The notes under the pieces were generated by a model that saw only the letters and a program-made list of their open reading frames with translations, made no database searches and had not been told where the DNA came from. DNA of 64,000 bases. Source: Octopus sinensis (taxonomy: Eukaryota). The stretch lies in NCBI RefSeq assembly GCF_006345805.1, contig NC_043011.1, forward strand, positions 46,388,464 through 46,452,463. The letters are read 5' to 3'. The position numbers were made by a program, and so were the translations under genes. Shown piece after piece: positions 38,336 through 52,946 of the stretch; the first letter of the stretch is position 1, and each line of letters begins with the position of its first letter.

Positions 38336-38967
38336 ATATGTATAGAGGTATAACTCACTAAATTATTATCAAATAGTTAAAAATTATAGCAGGTGCATTG
38401 GTAAAAATGAATCTAATAATAATAATAATAATGACAGGAGATGACAGATATTTAGTATAATTTTATGTAATTTTTTTCCTTTTCTTAACAAATAATTAAT
38501 GTCATAATGTTATCCCTTGGTAAAAAAAAAAATCAAAGCACAACAACAGTGTTGCCAGGATGAAAATATAATTAACTTCACTACAGGAGTTATTACCAAT
38601 GCATGAAAATACTAAGCATGAATAATTCTTTAATATTTTGTTTAATTAGTCAAGACATTCAAATGACCCTTACAAATTGGTCAGAATATGTTATTAAATT
38701 GTACAGAACTTGCATTTCCTCTTCTGTCATCCTTAAATTATGAAATATTGCTTTACATTAATAAAACCCAGAATACAACGAAAAAAAGAAAAAACGCTGA
38801 ACAGACATTTGTTTTACAGTTAATAACATGAAATATAATTAAATGGATCAAATTCTTATTTCATTAAAATTTTTTTATGTGCATGTATTCACATGTGTGT
38901 CTATGTGTTCTGGCAGGATCCAGCAGTTCCAGTTACAAGCTTATTTCTATTACTTTCACACATATAG

Positions 38968-39341
38968 ACATAGGAATGGCTGTGTGGTAAGTGGCTTGCT
39001 TACCAACCACATTGTTCCGAGTTCAGTCCCACTGCGTAGCACCTTGGGCAAGTGTCTTGTACTATAGCCTCGGGCCGACCAAAGCCTTGTGAGTGGATTT
39101 GGTAGATGGAAACGGAAAGAAGCCTGTCGTATATATGTTTGTGTGTCTGTGTTTGTCCCCCTAGCATTGCTTGACAACCGATGCTGGTGTGTTTACGTCA
39201 CTTACCAGTTCGGCAAAAGGGACCAATAGAATAAGTACTGGGCTTATAAGAAATAAGTCCTGGGGTCGATTTGCTCGACTAAAGGCGTTGCTCCAGCATG
39301 GCTGCAGTCAAATGACTAAAACAAGTAAAAGAGTAAAAGAG
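38968..39341 (+). mobile_element. SINE family B, full length
   Basis: Consensus match. Confidence 0.9.
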
Positions 39342-39409
39342 TACATAAACATGGCAGTTGTCCAGAAACATTCTTTTACTTTACTCACTGACCATTTGAT
39401 TATGGGATG

Positions 39410-39808
39410 CTCTTTTACTCTTTTATTTGTTTTAGTCATTTGACTGTGGCCATGCTGGAGCATCGCCTTTAGTCGAGCAAATCGACCCCAGGACTTATTC
39501 TTTTGTAAGCCTAGTACTTATTCTATCGGTCTCTTTTTGCCAAACCGCTAAGTTACGGGGACGTAAACACACCAGCATCAGTTGTCAAGTGATGTTGAGG
39601 GAACAAGCATATACACACACGCATATATATATATATATATATATACGATGGGCTTCTTTCAGTTTCCGTCTACCAAATCCAATCACAATGCTTTGGATGG
39701 CCCGAGGCTATAGTAAAAGACACTTGCCCAAGGTGCCATGCAGTGGGACTGAACCCGGAAACATGTGGTTCGTAAGCAAGCTACTTACCACACAGCTACT
39801 CCTATGCC
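39410..39808 (-). mobile_element. SINE family B, full length, inverted relative to the previous copy
   Basis: Reverse-complement consensus match. Confidence 0.9.
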
Positions 39809-40904
39809 ATATGGATAAAATAATTTCCATCTAAAGTTCTTTGCATACGAACAAATTTCTTTCCTATCTCTGATTGTCACCCCAAAACAGTGTCATGAAG
39901 ACTATATTCTCTTACTGGCATAGAATGGGTTTTGGTCATCCTGTGCAGTAACCAAATGGACTGACCCATATTAAATATAATATACCTTTGACTATGGAAA
40001 ATATTTAGCTGCCTTATGGGGTTAACACTACACTGCTATATAGCCCCTTACACACTACACTGCTATATCTTACAAATTCATCAGCTCTACTATGAGATTA
40101 TCTGCTGCTAGTGTGATAAATAAAGTTCCAGATGAAAAAAAAAGGCTTTAATAAACTTAAAAGAGATATCTATCATCAGCAGTGATTACTGGTGTGGTTC
40201 TAGATATAAGGGACGTATCTGCTTGTATAGATAAGCAGCTCTTATCGCAGTTTCCCCCATTTAACAATTTGTTACTATCCATGTATAGATTTTAATATAC
40301 CCATCATACAATCTTTATAATCATTTATTGACTATTAAACATATGCATTTTTTTCATGGTTTTTATTGTAAAACATAGATGAAAAGGAGTTTGATCTATT
40401 ACTGAATTATAATATTTCATGCAGGAATATTTCCATATGATTCTATTACAGCATAAACATGTGTTGCCACAATACATTTTTTTCCAGATTTAGTTTAGAA
40501 CCTTTTTTCCAGATTTAGTTAAGAACCTTGAGGAAAATATCAGGAGTCTACTACAGCAATAATTCCTTCAGGAATATATTTCAATGGTAAAAAACAAATC
40601 CTTTCGAATAACAGTAACATTTTCTCATTTAATATTATTCAAATACAATTGATGCCTCCTTCTATAGCATCCTATGATATAAGGAAACTTGGGTCAGCAA
40701 AGAGCTTACTTTGTAAAGAGTAGGAGGGAATTCATTTGACATTGAACTCAAAAATATCCACGGGGCACCCCCTTGTAATTCTTTCCTATTTTGAGATATA
40801 AATAGTTTTTTAGGTTTTCAAAAGTATTCTGGATTGGAACACAATTCTCCATGTGAAATTAGATAAGCTAAGAAGTTAAAACACATTGGAATATATCTAT
40901 GTTT

Positions 40905-41300
40905 ATTCTTTTATTATTTTTTTTACTTGTTTCAGTCATGTGACTGTGGCCATGCTACAGTATTGTCTCAAAGGGTTTTTAGTCAAAGAAACTGACCCTA
41001 GAACTTATTCTTTGTAAGCTTAGTATTTATTCTATCGGTCTCTTTTGCTGAACTGCTAAGTTACAGTGTTGTAAACATGCGAACATTAGTTGTCAAGCGC
41101 TGGTGGAGGAAAACATAGACACACTCTCTCTCTCACACACACACACACAACAGGCTTTATTCAGTTTCTGTCTACCAAATCCACTCACAAGGCTTTGGTT
41201 TGCCTGAGGCTATACTAAAAGACACTTTCCTAAGGTGCCATACAGTAGGACTGAACTCAGAACCATGTAGTTAGGAAGCAAGCTTCTTACCACACAGCCA
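40905..41300 (-). mobile_element. SINE family B, older copy
   Basis: Reverse-complement match with more substitutions. Confidence 0.85.
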
Positions 41301-41339
41301 CATCTGTTTGTTTAAAGACAGATTATTACATTTGGTAGC

Positions 41340-41700
41340 TTCAAATTCCATTACCATCACTGTACTGTTCTTTTCTTCCCAGAATTTCCAGTAACAATCA
41401 AAACTTGCATCCACCATGGTGAATTGCATGGTTCTATTATTCCGTCTTTTAAAATTTTCTAAAGTTTTGTACCTATGAATTCTTTAAGATCTATACTGTA
41501 TCAGCAAACTTTGGTTGAATAACTTGAGAAGATCCCTTAGATTGTGGAGTGGAAGGAGTGTGGCCATTACATCTGGATGTGAGGTACATAGGTGGATCTT
41601 TGAGTTGCCAAAGAAAAAGCATAATCTGCAAATTTAAGGGATTTGCTGAGGGTGAGTGTTAAATTTTACCACTTGCTAACATGAGTACCCAACAAAATCA
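41340..41700 (-). mobile_element. Decayed Gypsy (Ty3) LTR-retrotransposon pol relic, start of RT
   Basis: Minus strand reads KEFIGTKL*KILK then DGIIEPCNSPWWMQVLIVTGNSGKKR, matching the Gypsy GIIEPSxSPW motif; it may extend towards 43200 (not verified). Confidence 0.6.
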
Positions 41701-44700
41701 AGAGGCATATGGTTTGGTTTTACATTAGGTTAGGCTTGTTTCAAACATCTAGCCTCGTGTATGGCACTATCCAGTATTACTGCTGTATTCTCAAGTAGTC
41801 TGGTCTTGATAAAGCTTCAATGCATTTCATTTAGAAAAGAATTACTTTCTTCAGCTAGTACAGTGCTAGAATTGTCATGAGTTAATATGATTAAGTCTTC
41901 AAGAAATTTATCTGTTTTCATTGGGATTTTGGAATTGCGTACACAGAAATTGTCGCACATATTTCATTTAGTGGCTTCAGATAAGCTTCTTCCAGTCATC
42001 TTAAAGCATTATCAAAAGTTGTATGAATCATTATCAAAGATGTTCAATAACAATTTATTGGTTTTAATTCTCTTCCTATAAATTTTCCTCAATTTTCCTG
42101 ATGCTTATCTTAAGATAATTAGGCAATTTATTAATCAAGTACCATTAAAATCTTTAGCTAGGGTTTAATTGACTAAACGCATTATAAATGTTCATACACC
42201 ATATAGTTTCATATTTCTGAAGCTATAACTGAAAACAAGAGGATGTCTATTTTGTGAACTCTTATTGATTCTTGGTAGGAATCGAAGGTAGATTTCATTT
42301 ATTTATTGTTTTTTTTTCCACCCCAGGCTTATAGACCTGTTTGGATAAAAGAAGATGTGTTTTTCACACATAAGTTGATATATTTGGTGGTCTCAGAACA
42401 ACCATGAAATGATGAGCAGCATCTGGATTTTTCCTGTCAGCACCTTGACCGTTATGTTTAGTGGGCTAACACTTTAACAACAATTTGTTTTCCTTATACA
42501 TACATAGGAAATATTCTTAACTACTTTTCCTTGTGACAACATATGTGCATAACAATATTTCGTCACAGTCAGGAAATATCTTTCTTACCTGACTCAATAA
42601 TCACACTGCAGTTTGCATGCCTTTATTTGACAACTAATACACATAATTTAATGTGCTCTTAACAATTCATTCTATTTCTGTAACAGACTCTCTTGTTCTG
42701 TTACTGTGTGATCAACTAGTCTTACACAATCAATTAAAATAATGTTTTGCACAATATGTTCAGCATGTCTGCTTTTTTTATATTTTCTCTAATGATCAAC
42801 CGGACTGATACATTTCAGTGAACCATTCAGTAAAAATCACAGCTAGATGATTCAGTAACATTCCAGTATGTTGGTGCATTATAGCACAAGCAAACACATT
42901 CAAAACCGAGTTCACACAAAACTAGAATAAAGTACAGTTCAGTGATGTATGCACTGAAGCAATTGTACATTTGACAATTGCTTCATTAGCTTGCAATGTT
43001 GTACTAAAATTCTTATGTGTTCTGGAGAAGACATAATGGTAACCTGCTATACTGCATACCATTTCAACTAGTTTGAAAACAAAATTTTTCAGTAGCTTCC
43101 TTAGAAGTCAGTCAGTTGCAGATCATCCATCTGTTTCATCAAATGAATGCCTTGATTTGTTTCTTTGGAGAATGTCCATGATTAGAAAAAAATATAATAA
43201 AGAATTACTGACAGCAGATCTACATATTTGTATTCTATTACAGATAAAAATTTTACGTGATGTGCAACTGTTCTCAGTAATTACTGTAACACAAATAGAA
43301 TGAGGTTAATTAGCCATGACAGAATTTAACTTAGAATTTCAGATGAAGAAATCACTCAACAAAAGTCTAGTTATTACTTCTAAGATGTCTTTTTGCTTAT
43401 GATTAATTTCTTATAAATAAAGTAAAAGAATTTGAATGCTCAAACTTGATAAAAATCTGATCAAAAAAATTTTAAAACCACATCCAAAGCCTCATACATT
43501 TAGAAATTACAATTCCCCTAGTCTCCACCAACATGATTACATGAGTCGCTCCCCTGTATTTTAAGCTCTTCACCATTGACCTGCAAAATATTTCATGTGG
43601 CACACATTAAGCTTTCTTATTACTTCTTATAGTTTACTGATGATGATTACAATGATGATGATAGGTATAATTACCAGTACCATAATTATTATAATATAAC
43701 ATGTTTTTAATGTGCATCTTGCTTCCTTGTACAACTTCTTAACTGATATTCAGAACTTGAGCAAAGAAAAAGCCATGACATTAATGTAAATCAACCATTT
43801 AGCTTCAAAACACCTTCAGAGACAAACATTGAAAGTTTCCATCACTGAAACAAATTTAAATATTACCCTAGTTTACTTAATCACCATATTACAAACTATT
43901 CTTTAAAAATAAATGTAAATATTTGTTCTTATATGAAACTTAGTTTCTCTTTTCAGCATTGGATCATACAGTCCTACAGATCACTGCTTAGATTGTTATG
44001 TGACCCTCTTTTTTATATTTTCAGTTAATATTTTGGACTTTTAATACTATTAATTTTTTCTCTCTCTTTATATTCTCATATATAAAAAAAGAGTAATTTT
44101 CTCCAAGCTCAACGTTAATTTAAAAACATTAAGTCTGTGTTTGCTAACAAAAGGTAAACATTGAAAGATTTTTAAGAAGCCTTAAGTATCAGATGGTAAG
44201 ACTCAGCTTCAATCATATGAACTGGTGACGAAAAGAAAATCAATTTCACTATGTGTGTAGGAGATATGAAAAACTAATTGATTATATCAATCACAAAACC
44301 CACAATCTCTTGGCCTGCCACATTTTACAGAATTCTGTCAATATTTGCTGTAGAAATGAAGAAATTCATGAATGCATTTATTTTATTTTAAACTCTTTTT
44401 CTTCCTTTCTCATTTATTGCCCCAGTACTACTCTGGAAATTCCATTCCAAATACACTTTTGTGTGTGTTTTATTTGTGTGTGTCAAATAAATGAATCTTT
44501 ACTGAACTCAGCACTCAACTGTCTACTGAATTCGTGACAATCATCAATAATGTGCAGATCGAGATTAGCTAATACGGAATTCTTCAAGTTATTTCTCGAA
44601 TCAACAAATTACATGTAACTTTTCTTATTTTTCTTACATTCTTGTTTAGTGTGAATAATTGAAAGCTAATTAAATGCTACAAATTTCTAAAACTTTCAGC

Positions 44701-47629
44701 TGGCTTTCAGAAGTAGCTTATTCATATATTATATCATAGCAAAATAGAATCAATGCATATGAATACAAATTATGGAAGAAATTAAAATTCCTCTGACTGT
44801 TCCATTACATCAATTTAAAATCTGATTTTATTGCTAAATGATATTTGAATAGTTAATTTTCTTCTTACAGATTAATATATTTTTATTCCTGATTATGTCT
44901 GAAAATATAATTGTCACCAGATTTTCATCTATTTTAAAATAAATTGCTATTATTATACATAATCTTGTAAAATTATTCAATAGCTTTGACCAATTTTCTT
45001 CTCAATCAGTTCATCATAATTCTAAACAAACAGAATATTAGTTAATACACAAATCTAAATTGATACAACAAATACATGATCATACTAAGTCACTTTTCTT
45101 CATTTTAATTAGAAAATTTAATCCAATGAAAATAATTTTATTTCCACTAAGGTTTTACTTGCCTTTAATATATTTCAAGAAAGTAATCAGTGCTTCATAG
45201 CACACTCCACAGTGTATGATACAACTTGACTCTTAGTTGAAACCATTTCTAACCAATTCTGTTACCATTTTTTGAAAAGGCATTAATATACTCTTTCCTC
45301 AGTATAAATCTTATTAGACTGAAATGCGAAAGTGGCTTTTGTCTTTATATTACCCAATTTATCTAATCTATCCTCAACACATATTAAATATACAAAGTTT
45401 ATTAAATACTCATATGGAGTATATTATGATTAAACAGAGAGTCAGTGTACTGAATTCAGAGTTAAATAACTGAATTGAACTGGTTATTTCTGTTTCGTAT
45501 TTGGAATCCTGCTAAATTTGATTGTATTTTCCAAATATTTTAATGATATATTCTTTCTAACTCTTATTCTTTATATATCCTTTGTCTGTCTGTGTCTCTC
45601 TCTGAATCAATAAGAAATCTGTTATTAAGATTGAAGTAATCCAATAAGAAAACTGAGTTTCCAAAAGCAAAGTGATTAATTTCTTTTAATACGTTTCCAC
45701 AGAATAGCCATTATTGCTTTGTTTCTAGATCACTAAGAATAAAGCTTTAGATTTCAGAATCTTCATAAAACCCTGTATATAGTTTTTGCTTTATTTAATT
45801 ATAGCATTATGTATCATGACCTTAACATATAAAAGATTACTTTGCGGTTTGGCAATCAGGGAATACTGAGATTCTAACATCATTCCTTTGATGGTGTTCA
45901 TAATCCCAGTAACAGCAACAACTACACATCAGTAAACAGTTCATCATAGATGATGATGCGGATGATGATGATGATGATGAGAACAAGAACAACAACATTA
46001 ACAGAGATAATAACTATCAGAAAATGCGAATGCTGACATTTTTAAGTTGGAAAACTGCTTCGGCAAAGGAAGCTGGAGATATATTTTGAAACAGATTTGC
46101 AGCATCTTATCACGAGCTAAGAGAAAATTCAAATGTCATATATTTGTTAATTAAGCACTAGTTGTCATGAAATTATTTACAAACCGATTTTCCTGTATTT
46201 CTTAAGTATGAATGCAACAGTGTGTATGCATATGTGTGTGTGTGTGTGTGTGTGAGTGCGTGCGTGCATGCATGCATTCTGATGCATGTTTATTTTTTTT
46301 CATATCCTCAGATATTTTCAATTTCAGTAACATGAAAGACTAACATTTTGAATGATTTGAAAGATTTTAAAAGTCAATCAGCATTTCAGCTATAAAATAA
46401 ATTAACATTAAATCATATATTTTTTAATTAAGGGGTGCATAATAAGGGACCAACATACCATATTCTTGATAATGCCATGCATATATAATGATGGTGTATC
46501 TTGTAAACTCTCTCCTAATCAAATAATTTAATTAGATCAGTGACACATACATTTGAATTCAGTAGGTATTTAATGAACTGTGTTTCTTCACTAATTGAAA
46601 GGCATTAAATTTCTTCATAATTATCTTTTAGCACAAGATTATTATAATTTCTATTGAGCATTATGTTTTCTTACAGTAAGAATCAAACTTTTCCCACATA
46701 TATTAACTATTTTCTTGGCATAAGCCAATTTAATTAACCCAGATCTAATACTATACATGACACTTGTCAGAAAGAAGGTTACAAATCTGGAATCAAACCA
46801 ATAAAATCAGATAAGTTGTTACAAGTTCAAATATCTATTTCAATCTAAATGTAAATATGGTCATAAGTCTATATGAAGAGTAATTTGAAGAAACACAAAG
46901 AAAAAAAAAAAAAATGAAGCAAATTGCCGTTAAAAATAAATAGGCATGTAATGGAAAAGCATGTATGTGTATGCTTAAGGAAGCTAGAAAAAAAATTATA
47001 TATAAAGCTCATTTTCATGAGTACAAATTAGCTAACAAATTTTTTTTTTCTTTTTCAAGAAAGAATAAGATTTTATAATGAGAATTTAGTGAGCTTCTTG
47101 GCTGCATGCATACACACACACACATACACACACACATGATGTCAAATGTTTTGTGGTAAAAGTAAAAAAAAAAAAATCAATATTTAAAGACATGTTTATT
47201 AATTGATGTTACAGTGTAGTTGTATGAGTTCAAGTAATGTTAGGAAAACACTGAATTCAGAAAAATAAAAGAGCAGCAAAAAATTTAAAGAGAACCAAAT
47301 GAGATATGTCAAAATTAATAGAAGTGAAAGTAAATGAATTGCTATTCCTAAAGGGAACATTACGTTACAGTTGATCAAGAAAATTGGATATGATTAGAGA
47401 AGACAGAGTCACCAGTAAAAATTGAAACCAATGTACAGTAAAAAAAAAAATCATAAGTCTAAGTAATTTGTACATTCAGTAGTTCAAGTAATTGATAAGA
47501 AAAGAAAATTTAAAAATATGTTAGCGAATATAATTGGCTGACCAATAAAAAGATTCTTGTATTGAAAGCAAGATATATAGAATGAGAGACTTGTAATAGA
47601 AAATAAAGTGTTTGAAAGCAAATACATAG

Positions 47630-47755
47630 ATAGATACATATATATGTGTGTGTGTGTATATATATATATACATACAAACTTACATATATATATACATACA
47701 TATACACATATATATATATATACACACATTCATATAAACATACATATATATACAT

Positions 47756-47789
<34 letters not shown>

Positions 47790-47800
47790 GTATATATATA
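47630..47800. repeat. Compound (TA)/(CA) microsatellite
   Basis: Direct inspection. Confidence 0.92.
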
Positions 47801-48727
47801 ATTGAGATTCAGTTGAATTAGGTACTTAAGTTGAATCATCAAGTCACTGCAGTATTATTCATATAACTCAAAGTAAGGTGAGTAAAATCAAAATAAGCAA
47901 TAGCATATCAAGAATTGATGCTGTACGACTGTTTCAACCAACTCCATTTAATTGAACAATGCAATCATTACATCAATTTGAATGCAGAGCTTTCCTCAGC
48001 TGTGCAAATAAATAGATGGAATATTAATCAGTTGGACACATTAAAATGATTTTACTCAAATACTCTAATTGAGTATTTATATGTATATATGATGGTAGCT
48101 ATGAATATTTATTTCTACCAGGCATAAAAGTGTCATTAGGAGGAGCACTGTTAATTAAACTACTTCCACCTGTGCATATTTTTGGAGATATTTAAGGAAA
48201 TAAAGGAATAAAAGATAGAGGCAACCATTACAGGATTTGAACTCAAGAAATAGGGAATGAGCTACTTAGTCAAGCAATCTACTTTTCTCTCAAACATGCT
48301 TTGCTATGTTGACTATCAAAAAATATAACTTTTTATTATAGAGGATTTGCTTTACTTTTATCTACATAAATAATAACAGAAAATTTAAACTGAAGCAGTA
48401 TAAACAGGAAAACAGTCAAAAGGAAAGGTTTACTTCTACCTCTGAATGTTAACCTAATGATACAGTAAAAAATAAGCAACAATGGTTTCAACCATCACTG
48501 ATACGTTGTTTGTTATGATCCCATAATGTCAATGCAATTTCTATGCTAAATTCAGAAGATACGATATAAAGCTACCTGCATTATTACTGAGATTTCTACT
48601 AATAGATATAGTATTGAATAGAGATGAAGTAATGCTGATTAGAGTACAGTCACTGGGACACTACATAGAAATGTGTGGCATCTTTTATTAGAAATGGAAG
48701 GCTAAAATATATTATTCTAATAATGCA

Positions 48728-49143
48728 CAGGTGTAGCTGTGCAGTTAAAAAAATTGTTTCTCAACCATGTGATTTTGGGTTCAGTCCTACAGCATGGCAC
48801 CTTGTACAAGTGTCTTCTACTATGGCTCCAGGTCAACCAAGGCTTTGTGAGTGGATTTGGCATATACAAATTGAAAGAAGTCCATTGTGTGTGTGTGTGT
48901 GTGTGTGTGTTAGTGTGTGTGTACTTTTGTAAACAAGCATCTCCATCATACAAGCAATGTTTTTCATTCCCAGTCTTCCACAGAAAACATGTCTAGCCAC
49001 TGAAGATACACCTTGCTTGAAAACAGGTGTGGGTTGGTGACAAGAAAGGTATCCAGTCACAGAAAATCTAATCTACCTTCTCAAATTCCATCTAACCCAT
49101 GCAGGCATGGAAATGTAGACATATGATGATGATGATGATGATG
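48728..49143 (+). mobile_element. SINE with a family B head and a family D-like (GAT)n tail (B3)
   Basis: CORE-like caccttgtacaagtgtcttctac, then gggttggtgacaagaaaggtatccag..aacccatgcaggcatggaaa..(gat)n. Confidence 0.7.
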
Positions 49144-49949
49144 GTATAATTTTAGGACAATCAGGCAAACCTGAACAAGGCACCAACTCTTTTATTGGCG
49201 TGAATTTCAGATTTGACTGAATTACTCCTTGATGTGATAATTTTCTAACATGAATTGGAAAGAAAATGGTGATTTATTTCATTAAACATTTCTCATTGCT
49301 ATGCACTGGAAACTCTCCAATGGGATCCAAGGGTTTATATTTACAAAGCTTCCATATAAAATAATTTCCGTTAAATTCACAACTAAAAGCACAAATTTAA
49401 AGTCTGAGATTGGCAGCTATTTACAAATTAGCTGGAAAATCACAGAATGAATTATTAATGATGAGGTTGACAGCCATCACTGACCTGAATGACAGCTAAG
49501 TACAATTGATAGCAATTCTCTCTTTACCCCTCATAAAAAGCTTTCAGCATCTTCCTTGCCATCTATTCCTGTCAATGGAAGATAATATAAGAGATGCTGA
49601 AGGGAACTCAATATATTCATGTGACATTTGCTATACAGACTTTGACAAAGATCAAATAAATATTCCCAATTGCACACAAATAGCTCCACACTTACAGCAG
49701 AAATTTCAGAACAATATCAATAAAAATCGTAGACCTTATTGCAAAATAGAGAAAGATGAGGCTGAGATGTATGCAGTAGCCAAATGGTATAGATGTGAGA
49801 AAGAAGAATTAAATGGAGTTGGTAGTGGTGATGCTATAAATATATAATACCAATAAAGAAAGTGCAAAAATGGAAAGCAATTTTCATATGATTTCCTCCT
49901 TTTTACAAAAAAATGTCTGATTCAATAACTAAACTGTTTATATACATAC

Positions 49950-49994
<45 letters not shown>

Positions 49995-50584
49995 TATATA
50001 TAAAGATACAATAATCAGAAAACAATTCTATAGAAAGTGTTTATATATATGAATGTATTAGTAGCACCTTTCACAACAAACCCTTAGCAAATAATTTGAA
50101 GTTAGAACTTATAGACATTGCACTTTGGAGTTCAATTGCGTATCATCATCCATAATTTTGTAAATACTGACTGACACTTTTCTCTAATAATCACAAGAGT
50201 ACAACATGGATTCCTTATGAAGTCTGATGGCAGTCATTCAGTTGAAATATTTACCAACTCAATAGTTACTCCATTTTGAGTAATTCAGCTTTGTTATGTA
50301 CCAATTGCAAAAAATTCAAAATGCAAATTATGAAGCTTCTGAATTTGCAAACAGCTATAAGAACAAGTGACATTATGTTTGCAGATATATTTATATCATA
50401 ATATCTGAACAATTGGGCATTTTGTTGACACAGGTTTCACTAGGTCAATTACAGAGTCATTGCTTTTTCACATTAAGAACAGCAAAGTAGCATCTATACC
50501 ACCATGGACTTCACTCAAGGAACTCCACTTTCACTTTTTCACTAATGTTCTCATATGTTGCTAATATAAACACCCATATACACA

Positions 50585-50691
50585 TATAAAAACACACACA
50601 CACACACCACACACACACACACACACACAAACATATGTATGTATATGTGTGTATAAATATTCATATACATATGTGCATGTGTGTGTGTGCA

Positions 50692-50781
<90 letters not shown>

Positions 50782-50821
50782 CATACATATATATACTTCA
50801 TATATACGTATATTTTTACAT
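50585..50821. repeat. Compound (CA)/(TA) microsatellite
   Basis: Direct inspection. Confidence 0.92.
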
Positions 50822-51090
50822 ATCATCATCATCATTTAACGTCCGCTTTCCATGCTAGCATGGGTTGGACGATTTGACTGAGGTCTGGCGAACCAGATGG
50901 CTGCACCAGACTCCAAACTGATCTGGCAGAGTTTCTACAGCTGGATGCCCTTTCTAATGCCAACCACTCAAAGAGTGTAGTAGGTACTTCTACATGCCAC
51001 CAGCATGGAAGCTGCTCTGGCAGTTATCCCACTCGAATGGAGCTGTTAGTGCTCCACTGGCACAGGTGCCAGTCATCGAATTTGGTTCAA
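50822..51090 (-). mobile_element. Family D retroposon
   Basis: (CAT)n tail plus reverse-complement body. Confidence 0.85.
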
Positions 51091-52395
51091 TTTTAATATA
51101 TACTCTCCTATATATTACATAATATGTATATATACACATATGTACACATGCAAGCACACAAGGAGCTTCTGTACAGTTTCCATGTATGAAATTCTAGTCA
51201 TAACGTAGCAAAGTTGTAGAAGTCAACACAAGGCTATAATAGAAGACACTTATCATATTGCTGCAAAATAAATTTCTTAACCATAAAGCCATGCATATGG
51301 CAATTGTACACATCATTTCCTCTTGCCTGATAGTAAGAAAAAAATAAAGTAAAATAAAAAAAAAAAAATGAAACTGTACACAAAACTCATGTCATACAGA
51401 AGAAAATGTTGCCTGATTAAACAAACCAGAAATTTAATGAAAGCTACTGTATTCAATAACTCAATTTAACTTTTAGTTAACATATACAATATTGACAAGC
51501 TGCCATTTAAAATCTAAAATCAGTGACCAATAATTTCTAATGATAAGTTGCTCAGTTTTACCAGCCAGTACATTATAGATTAATAGAGTTCTTCAAAGAT
51601 GGACAAAATGCTGTTATTGATATTATGTATGAAAATTTGAAAAGTATTCAGACACTAAGTGTTTTTAAAAGATATCATTGAATTTAACAGATGCAAAACT
51701 TCTGAATGTCAACAGAGTAGAGGAAATAAAAGCATACAAGTAGTTCTGAACTCATTCTTAAGGGAGACCGTTTGTGTAGTTGGAGTAAAGCCCTCACCAA
51801 GAATAGTGCAGTGGGAAGAAGTCTAAAAGTTAAGCAACATGCCTGAAAACAGCAAGAGGAAATGTCATACAAGGGCTGTAATTTTAAAGTGCTAAGTATG
51901 AGTCAAAATATATTACCCACAAAATGCTGAAATTGAGAAGTAGATAAATGACTACGAGAGTTCTGAAATATTCTATGTAGATAAAAAAATTCACGTGGCC
52001 GTGTGGCAAGAAACTTGCTTCCCAACAACATGGTTCTAGGTTCAGTCCCACTGTAAGTGAAATTTTATACAATTAAAATCCATGGTAGCCCATTATAATA
52101 CTATGTATTCAGTTCACACTCTAAAGCATTGATGACCACAAAGGCATCTGTCCGTAGAAAACAGCTCAATGAACTGGGTGACTGAGCCATAGTCCTCCAA
52201 CATATTTAAGAGAATATTAACTCCAAATAAGAATTAACCTGAATTGTAACAACCCATCCAACCCATACCAGCATAGAAAGTGTACATACAATGATGATGA
52301 TGATGGTGGGTGTGTGTGTATGTGTATGTGTGTGAGTATGTCTGAGACCACCTGACACAAAAATTGGTGCATTGGTGCTCTATTTTAATATAAAA

Positions 52396-52749
52396 TTTTG
52401 CCTTTAATTCTTCTTCAAGGTTGATAACCTAAATACCAGACAAAGCACTACAGTCAATAAAGTTTACTAAAGCCTTTGAATACCCTGTCTTAGCATATTT
52501 TAAGGGGCTAAATATGAATTAAATCGTATTGCCAAAAAGAAGATTAGATTAGGAAACAGCTAAATGACCACAAGTGTTCTGAAGTATTCTGTATCATAAA
52601 GCAATTAGAGGAAGAAATTCAGATAGTGCTGTCTCATTTGGTAGTCAGTTTTGCCTTTAATTCTTCTGCAAGTTTGATAAGCTAAATTGCCGACAGAGCA
52701 TTGCAGCCAATATAGTTAGCAAATGCCTTTGAATGCAGCGTCCTAGCAT
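52396..52749. repeat. Pair of diverged, ungapped direct repeats of about 100 bp (52396-52495 and 52649-52749)
   Basis: Hand alignment gives about 20 mismatches in about 100 nt with no gaps. Confidence 0.8.
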
Positions 52750-52946
52750 GGTGGAAGTTTAATGAGTGAAACTGCTAATAGAACATGAAAAGAATTGGGA
52801 TAAATGATTGAGCTCCTTTCGAATGTTGGGTTCCATGGAAGCAATGACTGAGACCTTTGGCATTATGTTGTGCTTGAGAAGAAGTCCCATCAAGCCAAGC
52901 AAAATCACTGTCATGGCAGATTCCAGTGTCATGCAAATGGCACCCA

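Noticed and set aside
41541-41651. Apparent plus-strand exon with AG and GTGAGT boundaries
   Set aside because: It lies antisense to the Gypsy pol relic, which explains the coding-like composition
49506-49847. 113-aa ORF with YSCDIC, suggestive of a C2H2 zinc finger
   Set aside because: There is no F..L..HxxxH spacing after the CxxC and no other recognisable domain; a TTG start in AT-rich DNA
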